NCBI GenBank assembly: GCA_963727625.1 | Contig: CAVSHR010000004.1 | Location: 576,001 to 640,000, forward strand | Length of the DNA: 64,000 nt | Direction: 5' to 3' | Source: an uncultured delta proteobacterium | GTDB taxonomy: Bacteria; Desulfobacterota; Binatia; UBA9968 | Shown here: one piece after another, positions 39,516 through 49,151 of the stretch | How the letters are laid out: every line of letters begins with the position of its first letter | Numbering within the stretch: the first letter of the stretch is position 1 | Translations under genes and position numbers: made by a program | The notes under the pieces: model-generated | Told to the model about the DNA's origin: nothing | The model's database searches: none | Seen by the model: the letters and a program-made list of their open reading frames with translations, nothing else

Positions 39516-40328
39516 ATGCCCTACGTCAAACGCGACGCGATCAAAATTTACTATAAACGCCACGGAAACGGTGATCCCTTGCTGTTTTTCAGCGAGACCG
39601 CTTGTGCCGGCGATATCTGGCATGCTTTTCAGGTTCCAGAATTTTCCCGTGATCACCTGGTGATCACCCATGATTACCGCGGCACGGGTAAATCGAGCCG
39701 GCCGACCACGCAATATTCTTGCGAGGATTTTGTCGATGACGCCGCCGCAATTCTAGATCGCTTGAGCGGCGGGCCGGCGATCCTGCTCGGCCATTCCATG
39801 GGCGGGCGGGTGGCGCTGCTGATGGCGCTCACGTATCCGGCCAAAGTGCAGCGACTTATCGTCGCTTCGGTGGGCCCCGGGGTTTCCGGCGCGCCGCCGA
39901 TTCCATTTAAAATGTGCAAAGAAATGGTCGAATGGGGTTACGAGAAATACGTGCGTGAGCACACTCTCGAAGTGGGCTGGACGGCCGAATATATCGCCGG
40001 CCACCCGGATCGAGTTGAAAGCTTTCTCAAAATCCGCATGGGCAACCTGCCGCGATTAGAAGACTATTTACGCCACGTGGTCGCCCGGCAAGCCTGCGAC
40101 CTCAGCTCGCGAATTAAGGAGATCCGCCATCCTACACTGGTGATCGTCGGCGATCACGATCACGGCTCGGCAACCGGCGTATCCCATAGAGTCGCGTCGG
40201 AAGCCCTCGCCAATGCATTGCCCAACAGCCGGTACGCAGTCATCCCCAACGAAGCACACAACTATTTCATGACCAACCCCGCCGAGGCGCATAGAATCAT
40301 CAGAGAGTTTCTGGTTACGAGCTGCTAG
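39516..40328 (+). CDS. Alpha/beta hydrolase (PcaD-like)
   Basis: DYRGTGKS, GHSMGG, PTLVIVGD.D, AHNY. Confidence 0.88.
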   Translation: MPYVKRDAIKIYYKRHGNGDPLLFFSETACAGDIWHAFQVPEFSRDHLVITHDYRGTGKSSRPTTQYSCEDFVDDAAAILDRLSGGPAILLGHSMGGRVALLMALTYPAKVQRLIVASVGPGVSGAPPIPFKMCKEMVEWGYEKYVREHTLEVGWTAEYIAGHPDRVESFLKIRMGNLPRLEDYLRHVVARQACDLSSRIKEIRHPTLVIVGDHDHGSATGVSHRVASEALANALPNSRYAVIPNEAHNYFMTNPAEAHRIIREFLVTSC

Positions 40329-40497
40329 TTGTTTTAGACGTTACGGCTCTAGCAGCGAACTTTGGAACGCAACAGGAATCATCCGACAACACGAGACCCT
40401 ATACTTACACTACAGATCCTGGACGCTGCCCCTCCGGCTTGACAACTTCCGAGCCACTAACCTACAAGTTAGACAGTCGCCCGTGAGGAGGCTCAGC

Positions 40498-41310
40498 ATG
40501 CTCGCAAAAATCCGCCATGTCGCCATGTACACGCACAAGCACGCCATCGTCGATAGATTCTATAAGACCGTTTTCGGCATGCGGCGCATGACCAGCAACA
40601 CCCTCGACGACACCGGCAAGCAGAATACCGAACGCGGCCATATCAGCGACGGGGTTATCGGCCTGGCGATCCTATCGCGCTACGCCGGCATGCAATCGGG
40701 CATGGACCATTTCGGCTTCGAAGTCGACGATATCAAGGAATATGTCCGGCGCATGGAGCAATATTATCCCAAGACGATGATTGCCAAGGGGCTGGAGTAC
40801 GTGCCCTTTGCGGGGTTGCGCAGCTACGATCCAGCCGGCACACAGTTTGACATCGCCCAGGCGCATATCGCCAACGTGCGTGAAGGCTACAACCAATCGG
40901 GCTGGGAGCAGCCGCGCTGGATCAATCACATATCGATCCGTGCCGACGATCCGTCAAGAGCAGCGGAATTCTACGAGAAAGTATTCGGGCTCAAGGAAGC
41001 GGAGACTTACCGTGACGACGGCACGATCTGCATGACCGACGGCAAAGTCAAACTGCTGCTCCGCCCGCGCGATCAAACCTTATACCGCGGGCTGCGCGAA
41101 GGGCTCGACCACATCGGTTTCAAAGTCGAAAGCTTGGAGCGCGTCAAAGAAGATCTGGCGGCCTTTGCCGCCGCGGAAGCGGAATCGGCTGACGGAAAAT
41201 TCGGGGTCGGCGGCAACGGCAAGAAGAACACGGAAGACTTTCAACGCTGCTGTTTGGGCCAGCACTTCACCGCCGATCCCGACGGCGTATTCATCGATAT
41301 GGCGGAATGA
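40498..41310 (+). CDS. Two-domain VOC family protein
   Basis: IRHVAM...FY..VFG, DHFGFEV, DPAG; repeated NHISI...FYEKVFG, DHIGFKV, DPDG. Confidence 0.85.
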   Translation: MLAKIRHVAMYTHKHAIVDRFYKTVFGMRRMTSNTLDDTGKQNTERGHISDGVIGLAILSRYAGMQSGMDHFGFEVDDIKEYVRRMEQYYPKTMIAKGLEYVPFAGLRSYDPAGTQFDIAQAHIANVREGYNQSGWEQPRWINHISIRADDPSRAAEFYEKVFGLKEAETYRDDGTICMTDGKVKLLLRPRDQTLYRGLREGLDHIGFKVESLERVKEDLAAFAAAEAESADGKFGVGGNGKKNTEDFQRCCLGQHFTADPDGVFIDMAE

Positions 41311-41434
41311 GTAGTGAGTTTAGCCGGACAATCTGTCGCCACGGCGAGAAACGATAATACGGGCGACTAACCCGCTAATTCGCCAGACGTTTGGTGTAAA
41401 ACTTGATGAGCCGTGACTCGATCCCACGCCGCGG

Positions 41435-42124
41435 TCAATTGAGCGTGCGCGGCGGAGCTTCCGACTCGATGTCGAGTGGTGCAGCGCCCAAGCGCAGCAG
41501 ATTAACCAGCATTTGCTCGCGATCTTTCAAGTCGATCGCTTCCAGCAGCGCCTGCTTTTCCGCCGGATGAAACGGCAATGACACCGCAAGCAGATTGACT
41601 AATTCCAAGTCGGAAAACTTCTCGGCTTGGTCCGGCCGCACTTGCATGCCATGGGCCTTGCCGTAGGTCGCAAGTGCGGCCAAAACCACGGATCGATCAC
41701 ACTGCCAGTTTTGTTCCAAGCGCGCGTCGGGAAACTCTTGATAGGACGCTTTGACCCGACGATAACCGCGCTGGAACTTCAGTTCCTCGCTAAAGCGAAA
41801 GCGGTTAACGCCCTTCAGCTGGAGGAAGTAGCGCCCATCCGGCAATTTTTCCCACTTCTCGATGTAGCCGGCGCAGCCGACTTTGTACAAGTCCGGCGCC
41901 GAACTGTCGGCTCCGGGTTGCGGGCCGCGATTGTCGTTCTGTGGCGTGAACGGCTGAATCATCCCGAAAATCTTGTCGCCGTCGAGCGCGTCTTCGACCA
42001 TGGCGCGATAGCGCCGCTCGAAAATATGCAGCGGCAAAACGGTGCCCGGCAACAGCATGACGCCGGTCAATGGAAACACCGCCAGGATATCCGGAAGTGG
42101 CATTTGCGGAACGGTCATCACCAT
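41435..42124 (-). CDS. LON peptidase substrate-binding (N-domain-only) protein
   Basis: FPL...LLPG..LPLHIFERRY, VGC.G.I, PDGRY, EKQALLE. Confidence 0.9.
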   Translation of the reverse strand: MVMTVPQMPLPDILAVFPLTGVMLLPGTVLPLHIFERRYRAMVEDALDGDKIFGMIQPFTPQNDNRGPQPGADSSAPDLYKVGCAGYIEKWEKLPDGRYFLQLKGVNRFRFSEELKFQRGYRRVKASYQEFPDARLEQNWQCDRSVVLAALATYGKAHGMQVRPDQAEKFSDLELVNLLAVSLPFHPAEKQALLEAIDLKDREQMLVNLLRLGAAPLDIESEAPPRTLN

Positions 42125-42296
42125 GAGTGATCCCTCGTTATAATTTTCTTATAGAGCAATGCTCTTGGGGGGTCAAGGTTAAAGCGGCGCCGGGATGCGC
42201 GCATTCAGCACGGCCCTTGCATTGTGCACCGAGGGTATTTTACTTTGACACAACTGATTTGACTTTCAGCGCAGCAAAGATTCGAGGTGAGAGAAG

Positions 42297-42728
42297 ATGG
42301 CCGAATTTGCCCCGATGGAGATCGACCGCGCCAAGCAGTTTTTGACTCAGCACCACTGGGGCATTCTAGCGACCCGAAGAAAAAACGGCGGGCTACAAAT
42401 GTCACCGATAACGGTCGGCCTCGATAGCGAGGGCCGCGCCGTAATCAGCAGCCGGGAGACAGCATACAAGGTAAAAAACCTGCGGCGCGATCCGCGCGCC
42501 GCGCTCTGTGCGATCACCCCGACCTTTCACGGCGAAGGCTGGGTTCAGATCAACGGTAAGGCCGAGATTTTGTCACTCCCACACGCGTTGGACACGCTGG
42601 TCTCTCTGCAGCGCCAAGTCTACGGTGAGCGCAAGAGCTGGCCGGAGTTTCACGAGCGCATGGTTCGAGAGAAACGTGTGATCATTCGGATCATGATTGA
42701 TAGCGTCGGCCCGCGGGTGCGCGGCTAA
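42297..42728 (+). CDS. PPOX-class (FDOR-like) putative F420/flavin-dependent oxidoreductase
   Basis: LATRR..G..QMSP, K..NLRRDPR, WVQI.G.AE, M..E.RV. Confidence 0.8.
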   Translation: MAEFAPMEIDRAKQFLTQHHWGILATRRKNGGLQMSPITVGLDSEGRAVISSRETAYKVKNLRRDPRAALCAITPTFHGEGWVQINGKAEILSLPHALDTLVSLQRQVYGERKSWPEFHERMVREKRVIIRIMIDSVGPRVRG

Positions 42729-42745
42729 GCCGAATTTAACTTTTT

Positions 42746-43384
42746 ATGCTTTGGCCAAACTCCAGTCTGCGCGTCGCGGGAGCCATGGTGTGGCTCGGCT
42801 TCGTCATGGCTATTCTTTGCGCGATTTCCCTGCGTCCGCCGGCCATCGGTGCGAGTATCGAGCCGTACCACACCGGTGAACTGTTGGTCGCCACCGACGA
42901 AATGAAGGATCCGCGCTTTGCTGAGTCGGTGATCTATATTGTCAAACATGACGCCGACGGCGCACTCGGGCTGGTGATCAATCGGCCTCTGGCGAAAGGA
43001 CCCGTAGACGATCTCCTCAAAGGCATGGGCGCAAAGCCGCAAGGCTCGAAGCTTGAAATCACGCTCCACTACGGCGGGCCGGTGAACAGCCACCAGGGTT
43101 TTCTACTGCACAGCGACGACGTGACGTTGGATAGCTCGATGCGCGTAAACGGCGGTATTGCCATGACCGCGGACGTCCGGATGATCACGGCAATCGCGAC
43201 AGGCAAAGGTCCGCGTCAGTTTCTTTTCATGCTTGGCTATGCCGGCTGGGCGCCGGGGCAGTTGGAAATAGAGCTCAAGGCGAAGTCATGGTTCACGGTT
43301 GCGGCTGATAAGGCGCTGATTTTTGGCACCGACGCGGACAAGAAATGGCAGCAGGCGACCGACAAACGACAAATTCCGACATAA
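42746..43384 (+). CDS. YqgE/AlgH family protein with hydrophobic N-terminal extension
   Basis: LLVA...M.DPRF..SVI, GLVINRP, GGPV, GYAGWAPGQLE.E. Confidence 0.88.
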   Translation: MLWPNSSLRVAGAMVWLGFVMAILCAISLRPPAIGASIEPYHTGELLVATDEMKDPRFAESVIYIVKHDADGALGLVINRPLAKGPVDDLLKGMGAKPQGSKLEITLHYGGPVNSHQGFLLHSDDVTLDSSMRVNGGIAMTADVRMITAIATGKGPRQFLFMLGYAGWAPGQLEIELKAKSWFTVAADKALIFGTDADKKWQQATDKRQIPT

Positions 43385-43438
43385 CGAAATGACCACGACA
43401 AGCTGCTCCGAACCCGTACCGTCAAAACAAGGAATCCT

Positions 43439-43813
43439 ATGAAACTAACGATCGACAAGGGTTCGGTAATTGCCGATCAAGCCCTCTCTCACGCTCACGC
43501 CAACAAGATCCGCCCGCTGTGTGTCGCCGTGTTCGACGCCGGTGGAAATTTGAAAGCGCTCAAGCGCGGCGACGGCGCAAGTATCTTGCGGCCTAACATC
43601 GAGGTGAGCAAGGCCTGGGGCGCGATCGGCATGGACGAGTCGAGCCGCCATTTGGGTAATCGACTCAAGGAAATGACAGCGTTCCTAGGCGCGCTCTCCG
43701 ATACGAGCGGCGGCAAGGTCGTTCCAGTGGCCGGCGGCGTTCTGATCATGGAGGCTGACGAAATTATCGGCGCTGCGGGTACCAAAGCGGCCGGCTTTGA
43801 ATACAAAATCTAG
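43439..43813 (+). CDS. GlcG/HbpS heme-binding family protein (C-terminus looks shortened)
   Basis: VAVFDAGG.L.AL.R.DGA, KAWGA, GGVLI, IIGAAG. Confidence 0.7.
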   Translation: MKLTIDKGSVIADQALSHAHANKIRPLCVAVFDAGGNLKALKRGDGASILRPNIEVSKAWGAIGMDESSRHLGNRLKEMTAFLGALSDTSGGKVVPVAGGVLIMEADEIIGAAGTKAAGFEYKI

Positions 43814-43836
43814 CGGTTTACCAATCAGGAGGCCTA

Positions 43837-44187
43837 ATGAAAATCACCCGTCTTTATACCGGCACCGATCAAAAATCTCACTTTGACGACATCGAGCTGC
43901 AGTTCGGTGGCAACCAACCGATGTTGACCACTGATCCCCGCGCGGCCAGCAGCGCGGTGTTTCGCTGCGCGCCGGCCGGACTATTTCTCGAGCGCCATCC
44001 GGCGCCGCGCCGCCAGTTTCTTGTGACCCTCTCCGGGTCCTGGGAAATCGAGGCGAGTCATGGCGCGAAGCGCGTGTTCAAAGTCGGCGACGTGATGCTC
44101 GCCGACGACACCACCGGCGAGGGCCACACCTCCCGCGTGTTGGGCTCTGAGGCCCATGTGTTTATGACCGTGCCGTTGGTGGATTAA
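43837..44187 (+). CDS. Cupin domain protein
   Basis: RLYTG.D..SHF, HPAPRRQF, EIE...G, DTTGEGH. Confidence 0.85.
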   Translation: MKITRLYTGTDQKSHFDDIELQFGGNQPMLTTDPRAASSAVFRCAPAGLFLERHPAPRRQFLVTLSGSWEIEASHGAKRVFKVGDVMLADDTTGEGHTSRVLGSEAHVFMTVPLVD

Positions 44188-44221
44188 ATCTCGTAAACGA
44201 GCACGTGCCAAAACGATCCGA

Positions 44222-44291
44222 CGTTGAACTCTTGAACGATGAACTTTTGAACAAAACGGGTCGTTCAAGGTTCAATGGTTCAACGTTTAAG
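44222..44291. repeat. Inverted array of TGAAC x4 and GTTCAA x3-4
   Basis: GTTGAACTCTTGAACGATGAACTTTTGAAC-N10-GTTCAAGGTTCAATGGTTCAACGTTTAAG. Confidence 0.7.
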
Positions 44292-44335
44292 GTAAAGTCC
44301 TCGGAAAATACAACATGGGTCATTGAGGAGAAGAA

Positions 44336-45268
44336 ATGCTGCGCATCGCCGTTCCTGATCTGGTTTCGAACTCGTACTTCCCCATCATTGCCGCCGTCGA
44401 AATGGGATTTTTCAAACAAGAAGGCTTCGAGGCGTCAGTGGACTTGCTGTTTCCGATTCCCAAGACCTTCGAGGCGCTACGCGACGGTGACTTTGACTTC
44501 GTCGTCGGCTCGGCCCATGCGACGTTGCTGGCCTTTCCAAACTGGCAAGGCGCCAAGCTGCTCGCCGCCTGCGGCCAACACACCTACTGGTTTCTGGTCA
44601 TCCGTAGCGATCTCAACCCTAAGCGTGGCGATCTGAGCATCGTTAAAGGTTTGCGCATCGGCGCTGCGCCCGGTGTGAATCTAAGTTTGCAGCGCATGCT
44701 GGTTGAAGCCGGCATCGATCCGGAGACAAATGGCGTCCAGATCATGCCGATTCCCGGCGCTGCAGGTCCGAACGTCTCCTTCGGTCTCTCCGCGGCGAAG
44801 GCCCTGGAAGACGGCAAGCTCGACGGATTCTGGGCCAACGGCATGGGCTGCGAAGTGGCGGCGCGCCGGGGAGTCGGCACCATGGTGCTCGACGTGCGCC
44901 GCGGCGATGGGCCGCCCGCGGCGCGTGATTATACTTTTTCCGCGCTGGTCGCCACAGACAAGCGCATCGAAAGACAGCCCGAGTCCGCCAGTGCGGCTAT
45001 TCGCGCGCTCATCAAAGCACACCATGCGCTCAAAGAAGATCCCAGCCGTGCCACCGCGGTCGGCAAGAAGCGCTTTCCACCGTCGGAAGCTGAGCTTATC
45101 GCCGAGTTGGTCCGCCGCGATCTCCCCTACTACGATCCGACGATCTCGGAACAAAAAGTCACAAGCATGAATCGATTTGCCCAAGCCATCGGTCTCTTGT
45201 CTGCTCCAGCTCGTTACGAGGACGTGGTGGCCACCCAGTTTAGCCATCTGTGGCGTGAACCCATGTGA
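44336..45268 (+). CDS. NMT1/THI5-like periplasmic-binding-protein-fold protein without a signal peptide
   Basis: SD GAGGAG; starts directly MLRIAVPDLVSNSYFP; GFFKQEG, ALRDG..DF, KGLRIG. Confidence 0.8.
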   Translation: MLRIAVPDLVSNSYFPIIAAVEMGFFKQEGFEASVDLLFPIPKTFEALRDGDFDFVVGSAHATLLAFPNWQGAKLLAACGQHTYWFLVIRSDLNPKRGDLSIVKGLRIGAAPGVNLSLQRMLVEAGIDPETNGVQIMPIPGAAGPNVSFGLSAAKALEDGKLDGFWANGMGCEVAARRGVGTMVLDVRRGDGPPAARDYTFSALVATDKRIERQPESASAAIRALIKAHHALKEDPSRATAVGKKRFPPSEAELIAELVRRDLPYYDPTISEQKVTSMNRFAQAIGLLSAPARYEDVVATQFSHLWREPM

Positions 45269-45287
45269 CCTACGCTATAGATCCTCG

Positions 45288-45855
45288 AAACCGCGTGTCC
45301 TGCTGATCGATCCGCCGATCTACGATTTCTGGCTAAAGCCTATGGCCGGTTGCCGGCCGGCTGGGAGGCCAAGCCATCCTGCACAAGGCGGTGTGCGGCG
45401 CCTCCAAGTAAATATCCACCTCCCAACACGAACAATGCTCGATTCATTAATCCCGCGCTGGCGCGTCTAATGATCGATGCCGGTTTCAAAAATTTCTATC
45501 TCGGTTTTGAGAGTGGCGCCTATCCCGGGCAAAAAAGACCGGGGGTAAGGTCTACTCGAACACGTTGGTCGATGCGATGGCAAACCTGATCGAAGTCGGC
45601 GCCGATCCAATGCGACTGCGCGCCGATTTGATCGTCGGCCACCCCAATGGCGACGAACAAAGCCCCGAGGACTTAATCTACTTTGACTACAATCTCGGCG
45701 TCAGAGCCGTGCTTTTGGAGTTTTTGCCCATTCCGGCACTCCCGGACGGTAAATTTCGCCGTCACTGGCTCGACCTGAACGGGTCGTTCTGGCACAATAG
45801 CAGCACATTCGTCGTCCAAGAGCTCGGCTTCGGCGAACTCAATCCGTTAAAGACC
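45288..45855 (+). pseudogene. Degraded B12-binding/radical SAM protein gene
   Basis: Fragments KPRVLLIDPPIYDFWLKP, HLPN..NARFI..ALARLM..AGF..FYLGFES, GGKV, LIVGHP, EF.PIP in shifting frames; the CxxxCxxC region is missing. Confidence 0.6.
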
Positions 45856-45981
45856 TGGCTACCCGTTGAATCAGCGCTTCGGGCTGGCCAAAATAGAGGC
45901 GGACACCGCACCGGCAACTGAAACCGAGCGAGCCGCCAACTAACTTGCCGTGAGTGGTTTTGCAACCCCACCGTTAAAAAG

Positions 45982-46009
45982 GGAACTTTTCTTTGAAGAA
46001 TCAGTCTAA
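45982..46009 (+). promoter_or_regulatory. ECF (RpoE/AlgU-type) autoregulatory promoter
   Basis: GGAACTT-16 bp-TCTAA, 13 bp upstream of ATG 46023. Confidence 0.7.
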
Positions 46010-46022
46010 TCCTGCGGAATCG

Positions 46023-46601
46023 ATGGAGTCCGACTCAATCAACGACGCGACCTGCGTCCGGCGGATTCAGCGCGGTGACACAGATGCCTTCGAAATTTTG
46101 GTGCGACGGCATGAGAAGGCGATATTCAATCTTGTCTACCGCATGCTCGGCGATTATGACGACGCCGCGGAAACCGCCCAGGAAGTGTTTTTATCGGCGT
46201 ACCGCGCCATCGGCCAATTTCGCGGCGATGCGAATTTTTCCACTTGGCTGTATCGCATCGCGCTCAACCATGCCAACACCCGGCGCAAGAGTGTGAATAC
46301 GCGCCAGCACCGGCTGGTGCCTATAGAAAACACCGAACTGGTCAACGACACGCAACTGGGACCGGCGGAATCTTTAGAAAAGAAGGAAATTCGCGAGCGC
46401 GTGCAGCAGGCATTGAACGACCTGGAACCGGAGGACGCCACGGTAATTCTTTTGCGAGACTTGCAAGATACTCCCTACGAAGAAGTCGCCCGAGTGCTTA
46501 ACGTTCCCGTAGGCACCGTGAAATCCCGGCTGCATCGGGCGCGTCAGGCGCTCAAAGCGCGACTCGCGCTGCATTTCTACGCCGGAAGGAAGGCCGTATG
46601 A
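46023..46601 (+). CDS. ECF RNA polymerase sigma-70 factor (RpoE/SigW-like)
   Basis: GD..AFE.LV, AQEVFL.AY, FSTWLYRIALN, YEEVA..L.VP.GTVKSRLHRAR. Confidence 0.93.
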   Translation: MESDSINDATCVRRIQRGDTDAFEILVRRHEKAIFNLVYRMLGDYDDAAETAQEVFLSAYRAIGQFRGDANFSTWLYRIALNHANTRRKSVNTRQHRLVPIENTELVNDTQLGPAESLEKKEIRERVQQALNDLEPEDATVILLRDLQDTPYEEVARVLNVPVGTVKSRLHRARQALKARLALHFYAGRKAV

Positions 46602-47731
46602 ATTGCCAGCAGGTCCAAACGCAGCTCTCCGAGTATCTGGACAAAACCCTCGACACGATCCACTTGAAAAGCATTGAGAACCACTTGCTCTCCTGTGTGC
46701 TCTGCCGCGCCGAAGCCAAGAGCTTAGCGGACTGCATTGGGCAGGTTCGCGATCTCCCGGTGGTCGAGCCGCCGCCGGGATTTGCCCAGCGGGTTATGGC
46801 GCACGCGAGAGAGAGCCAGATCAAGCCATCGATCTGGCGCCGTTTTTTTTCGGGCGTCAATTTCACCGTACCGGTTCAGGCAAGCGCCGTAGTTCTGATC
46901 GCGCTCTTCGCCGTATTGTTGTACCAAAGAGAAACCTCGCCTCAGAAGAGCGACAGTGCCGACGTGACAGCACGGTTACCCGCCGCGCCAACACTAACAA
47001 AAGAAGAAGCTATTTCGCTCACCGACGCTGCGCAATCGAGTCCGGCGGCATCGTTAAGCTCTGGACAAACAAATGGGGAGGACAAGTCTAGCGCTGAGCT
47101 CTATCGTCAATCGGCCGCGCAAGAGAAGTTCAAGCAGGGCACCGATGTGGCGGTTTTCAAAGACAGTGCGCAGACTGCGTCTCAGTCCATCGCTGGCGCT
47201 AAAACGGAAAAGCCTCTGGGAGATGCCCTTGAAGCACCGCGCCGCGCGCCGATTCAGGCCCAAGCGGTGGCGACCGGTCGGGAGTCGATACGGCCGAGCG
47301 CCGAAGCCTTGGGCGGTCGGAGCGTTATAGGCGATTTGGATCAACCTCTGTTCCGCACGCCCTTCACCGCGGAACAGGCTCTGTCGCCGCTGAGTGAGCC
47401 GGCTTCGGATATCGAGTTTATCGTCCGGCGCCGCTCCCCGGAGCGGCGCGACCGAAAGGCAAGCCCTGTCGATGAGCCATTGCGCAAGCGCAGCGAAACC
47501 GACAGTGCAATGCCGGCGGCTAAATTGGCAGCGCCACAAACAGGCTCGATAGTTGAAATTCGCTGGTTTATGGTGCCGGCGGATCGCTACGAGCAATTCA
47601 AAAAAGTATTGGCAGCCGAAACCACCGTAGAATCGGAAAAGTCCTCGGTCGGCGCGGAAAAGGAGATCGCCCTGAAGTCCGCCAGAGATCTCATCATCAA
47701 AGTAATGATCTTATCACCTGCGGAGCGTTGA
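46598..47731 (+). CDS. Zinc-binding (zf-HC2) transmembrane anti-sigma factor
   Basis: MNC...LSEYLD...HLLSCVLC (HxxxCxxC), one TM helix, long low-complexity periplasmic part; overlaps the sigma stop. Confidence 0.88.
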   Translation: MNCQQVQTQLSEYLDKTLDTIHLKSIENHLLSCVLCRAEAKSLADCIGQVRDLPVVEPPPGFAQRVMAHARESQIKPSIWRRFFSGVNFTVPVQASAVVLIALFAVLLYQRETSPQKSDSADVTARLPAAPTLTKEEAISLTDAAQSSPAASLSSGQTNGEDKSSAELYRQSAAQEKFKQGTDVAVFKDSAQTASQSIAGAKTEKPLGDALEAPRRAPIQAQAVATGRESIRPSAEALGGRSVIGDLDQPLFRTPFTAEQALSPLSEPASDIEFIVRRRSPERRDRKASPVDEPLRKRSETDSAMPAAKLAAPQTGSIVEIRWFMVPADRYEQFKKVLAAETTVESEKSSVGAEKEIALKSARDLIIKVMILSPAER

Positions 47732-47784
47732 TCTGTCCCGCGCCTCTCTGCCTGCGATCTATCCTGCTGTCCTCTTTGTCCGAG

Positions 47785-48273
47785 TCACCCGACAAACAAC
47801 GTAAACTTTGCACCGTTTAGGTTAGTCAGCGGTTTGGGTCTGAGCAGGCGGCGATCAAACGATAAAACGCGTTGGGCGATTTCCCAATTCACAGGCGGCA
47901 ACGGACTGAGCTGGCGGATTCGTTCGAGACTAAAAAATTCTGCGTGATCGACTTCATGGTCATCGGCCCTGGGCTCACCGCGGATCGGCTTCAAGAGCAG
48001 CACGACGTATATCCCGTTGCCGCTCTCCGGATCGTAACGGCTGCGCAACCCGAGCACCGCTTCAACTTCCGCGGTCACACCCGCTTCCTCTTGCACTTCG
48101 CGTACCACCGCTTGCTCGATGGTTTCATCGGGCTCGATAAAACCGCCCGGCAACTGCCAGTTGCCGCGCCCGTGACGCGACGCTCGCCGGACCAGCAACA
48201 AGGTCCCGTCACGCACCACCGCGCCGCCGACGCCTATGCTATACCCGCTGCTATAACGGACAGGAATCGCCAT
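47785..48273 (-). CDS. NUDIX hydrolase
   Basis: Nudix box PGGFIEPDETIEQAVVREVQEEAG. Confidence 0.92.
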   Translation of the reverse strand: MAIPVRYSSGYSIGVGGAVVRDGTLLLVRRASRHGRGNWQLPGGFIEPDETIEQAVVREVQEEAGVTAEVEAVLGLRSRYDPESGNGIYVVLLLKPIRGEPRADDHEVDHAEFFSLERIRQLSPLPPVNWEIAQRVLSFDRRLLRPKPLTNLNGAKFTLFVG

Positions 48274-48278
48274 AGTGA

Positions 48279-48476
48279 TTAACCCGGGAGTTGAAAGAGT
48301 TCTTTAACATTTTGCCAACGGATCGACTCCTCGGCCTGAGCCGAAATATTTGGATTCTCTCTGAGCAGGAGCACGTCTTCGAACTTCATCCTGCCACCCG
48401 GATCATCGTGCGGATAATCCGTCGCAAAGAGAAACCGTTCGGCGCCGAGAAACTCGATGGCCGCGGCCAGCTGCAA
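48279..48476 (-). pseudogene. C-terminal remnant of an Amidohydrolase_2 gene
   Basis: LGAERFLFATDYPH...I.WQN.KELF; no upstream continuation. Confidence 0.7.
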
Positions 48477-48656
48477 ATTCTCGGCTACGTCGTATATAAA
48501 AGCCAGGTAATGATTAAGTCAAGGTTTAGCGCAAAGGGGCAGCGAGCAGCGGAATACGATGCTGAACCGAATCACCCAGCGTCGCCGACGCGCAAGCGGA
48601 ATATTGTCGTTTGCGCGTCGTGTCAGATAACAAACAACAAGGGATAAGTCTAGAAA

Positions 48657-49130
48657 CTATTGTTCATGACGGTAACGACGATCCTGACCGGAATTCCACC
48701 AATCGTTGCCCCAGCCCCACCAGTTCTGGTCATTGCGTCGCCAGCGGTCGCGATTGTCGTATCGACTGCCGTAGCGATAGCGCCCACGATCGCCCCGCAG
48801 ATCGCTGTACCCGTCCCAAATCTCGCGCTGATCCTGATTGATCTCTCTTAAATCGGCGCGAATCTCGGCTTTTTTTCGTTCAATCTGAGCGCGACTAGCG
48901 CCGCGGCGGTAGAGCCGGCGTAGATCGGCACGATCCCGTTCAAGCTCTCGCTGATCTCGGCGCAATTCGGCCCAATCGCTACGATTATCCCGCCTCGCTC
49001 TCTCAGTCCGAGTCGTTTCATGTTTGGCGTGGCGCGCGTAATCGTCCGCTTGCGACAGGTCCGGCATGGCGAAACCGACCATTGAAAAAAGGCCAAAAGC
49101 GGCCAGCGTAACCGATGTTTTTTTATTCAT
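48657..49130 (-). CDS. Secreted Arg/Asp-rich helical protein with a Trp-rich tail
   Basis: SD AAGGAGG; Sec signal peptide ending SQA; coiled-coil ELRRDQRELERDRADLRR. Confidence 0.75.
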   Translation of the reverse strand: MNKKTSVTLAAFGLFSMVGFAMPDLSQADDYARHAKHETTRTERARRDNRSDWAELRRDQRELERDRADLRRLYRRGASRAQIERKKAEIRADLREINQDQREIWDGYSDLRGDRGRYRYGSRYDNRDRWRRNDQNWWGWGNDWWNSGQDRRYRHEQ

Positions 49131-49151
49131 AGGAATGGCCTCCTTGAAGCT

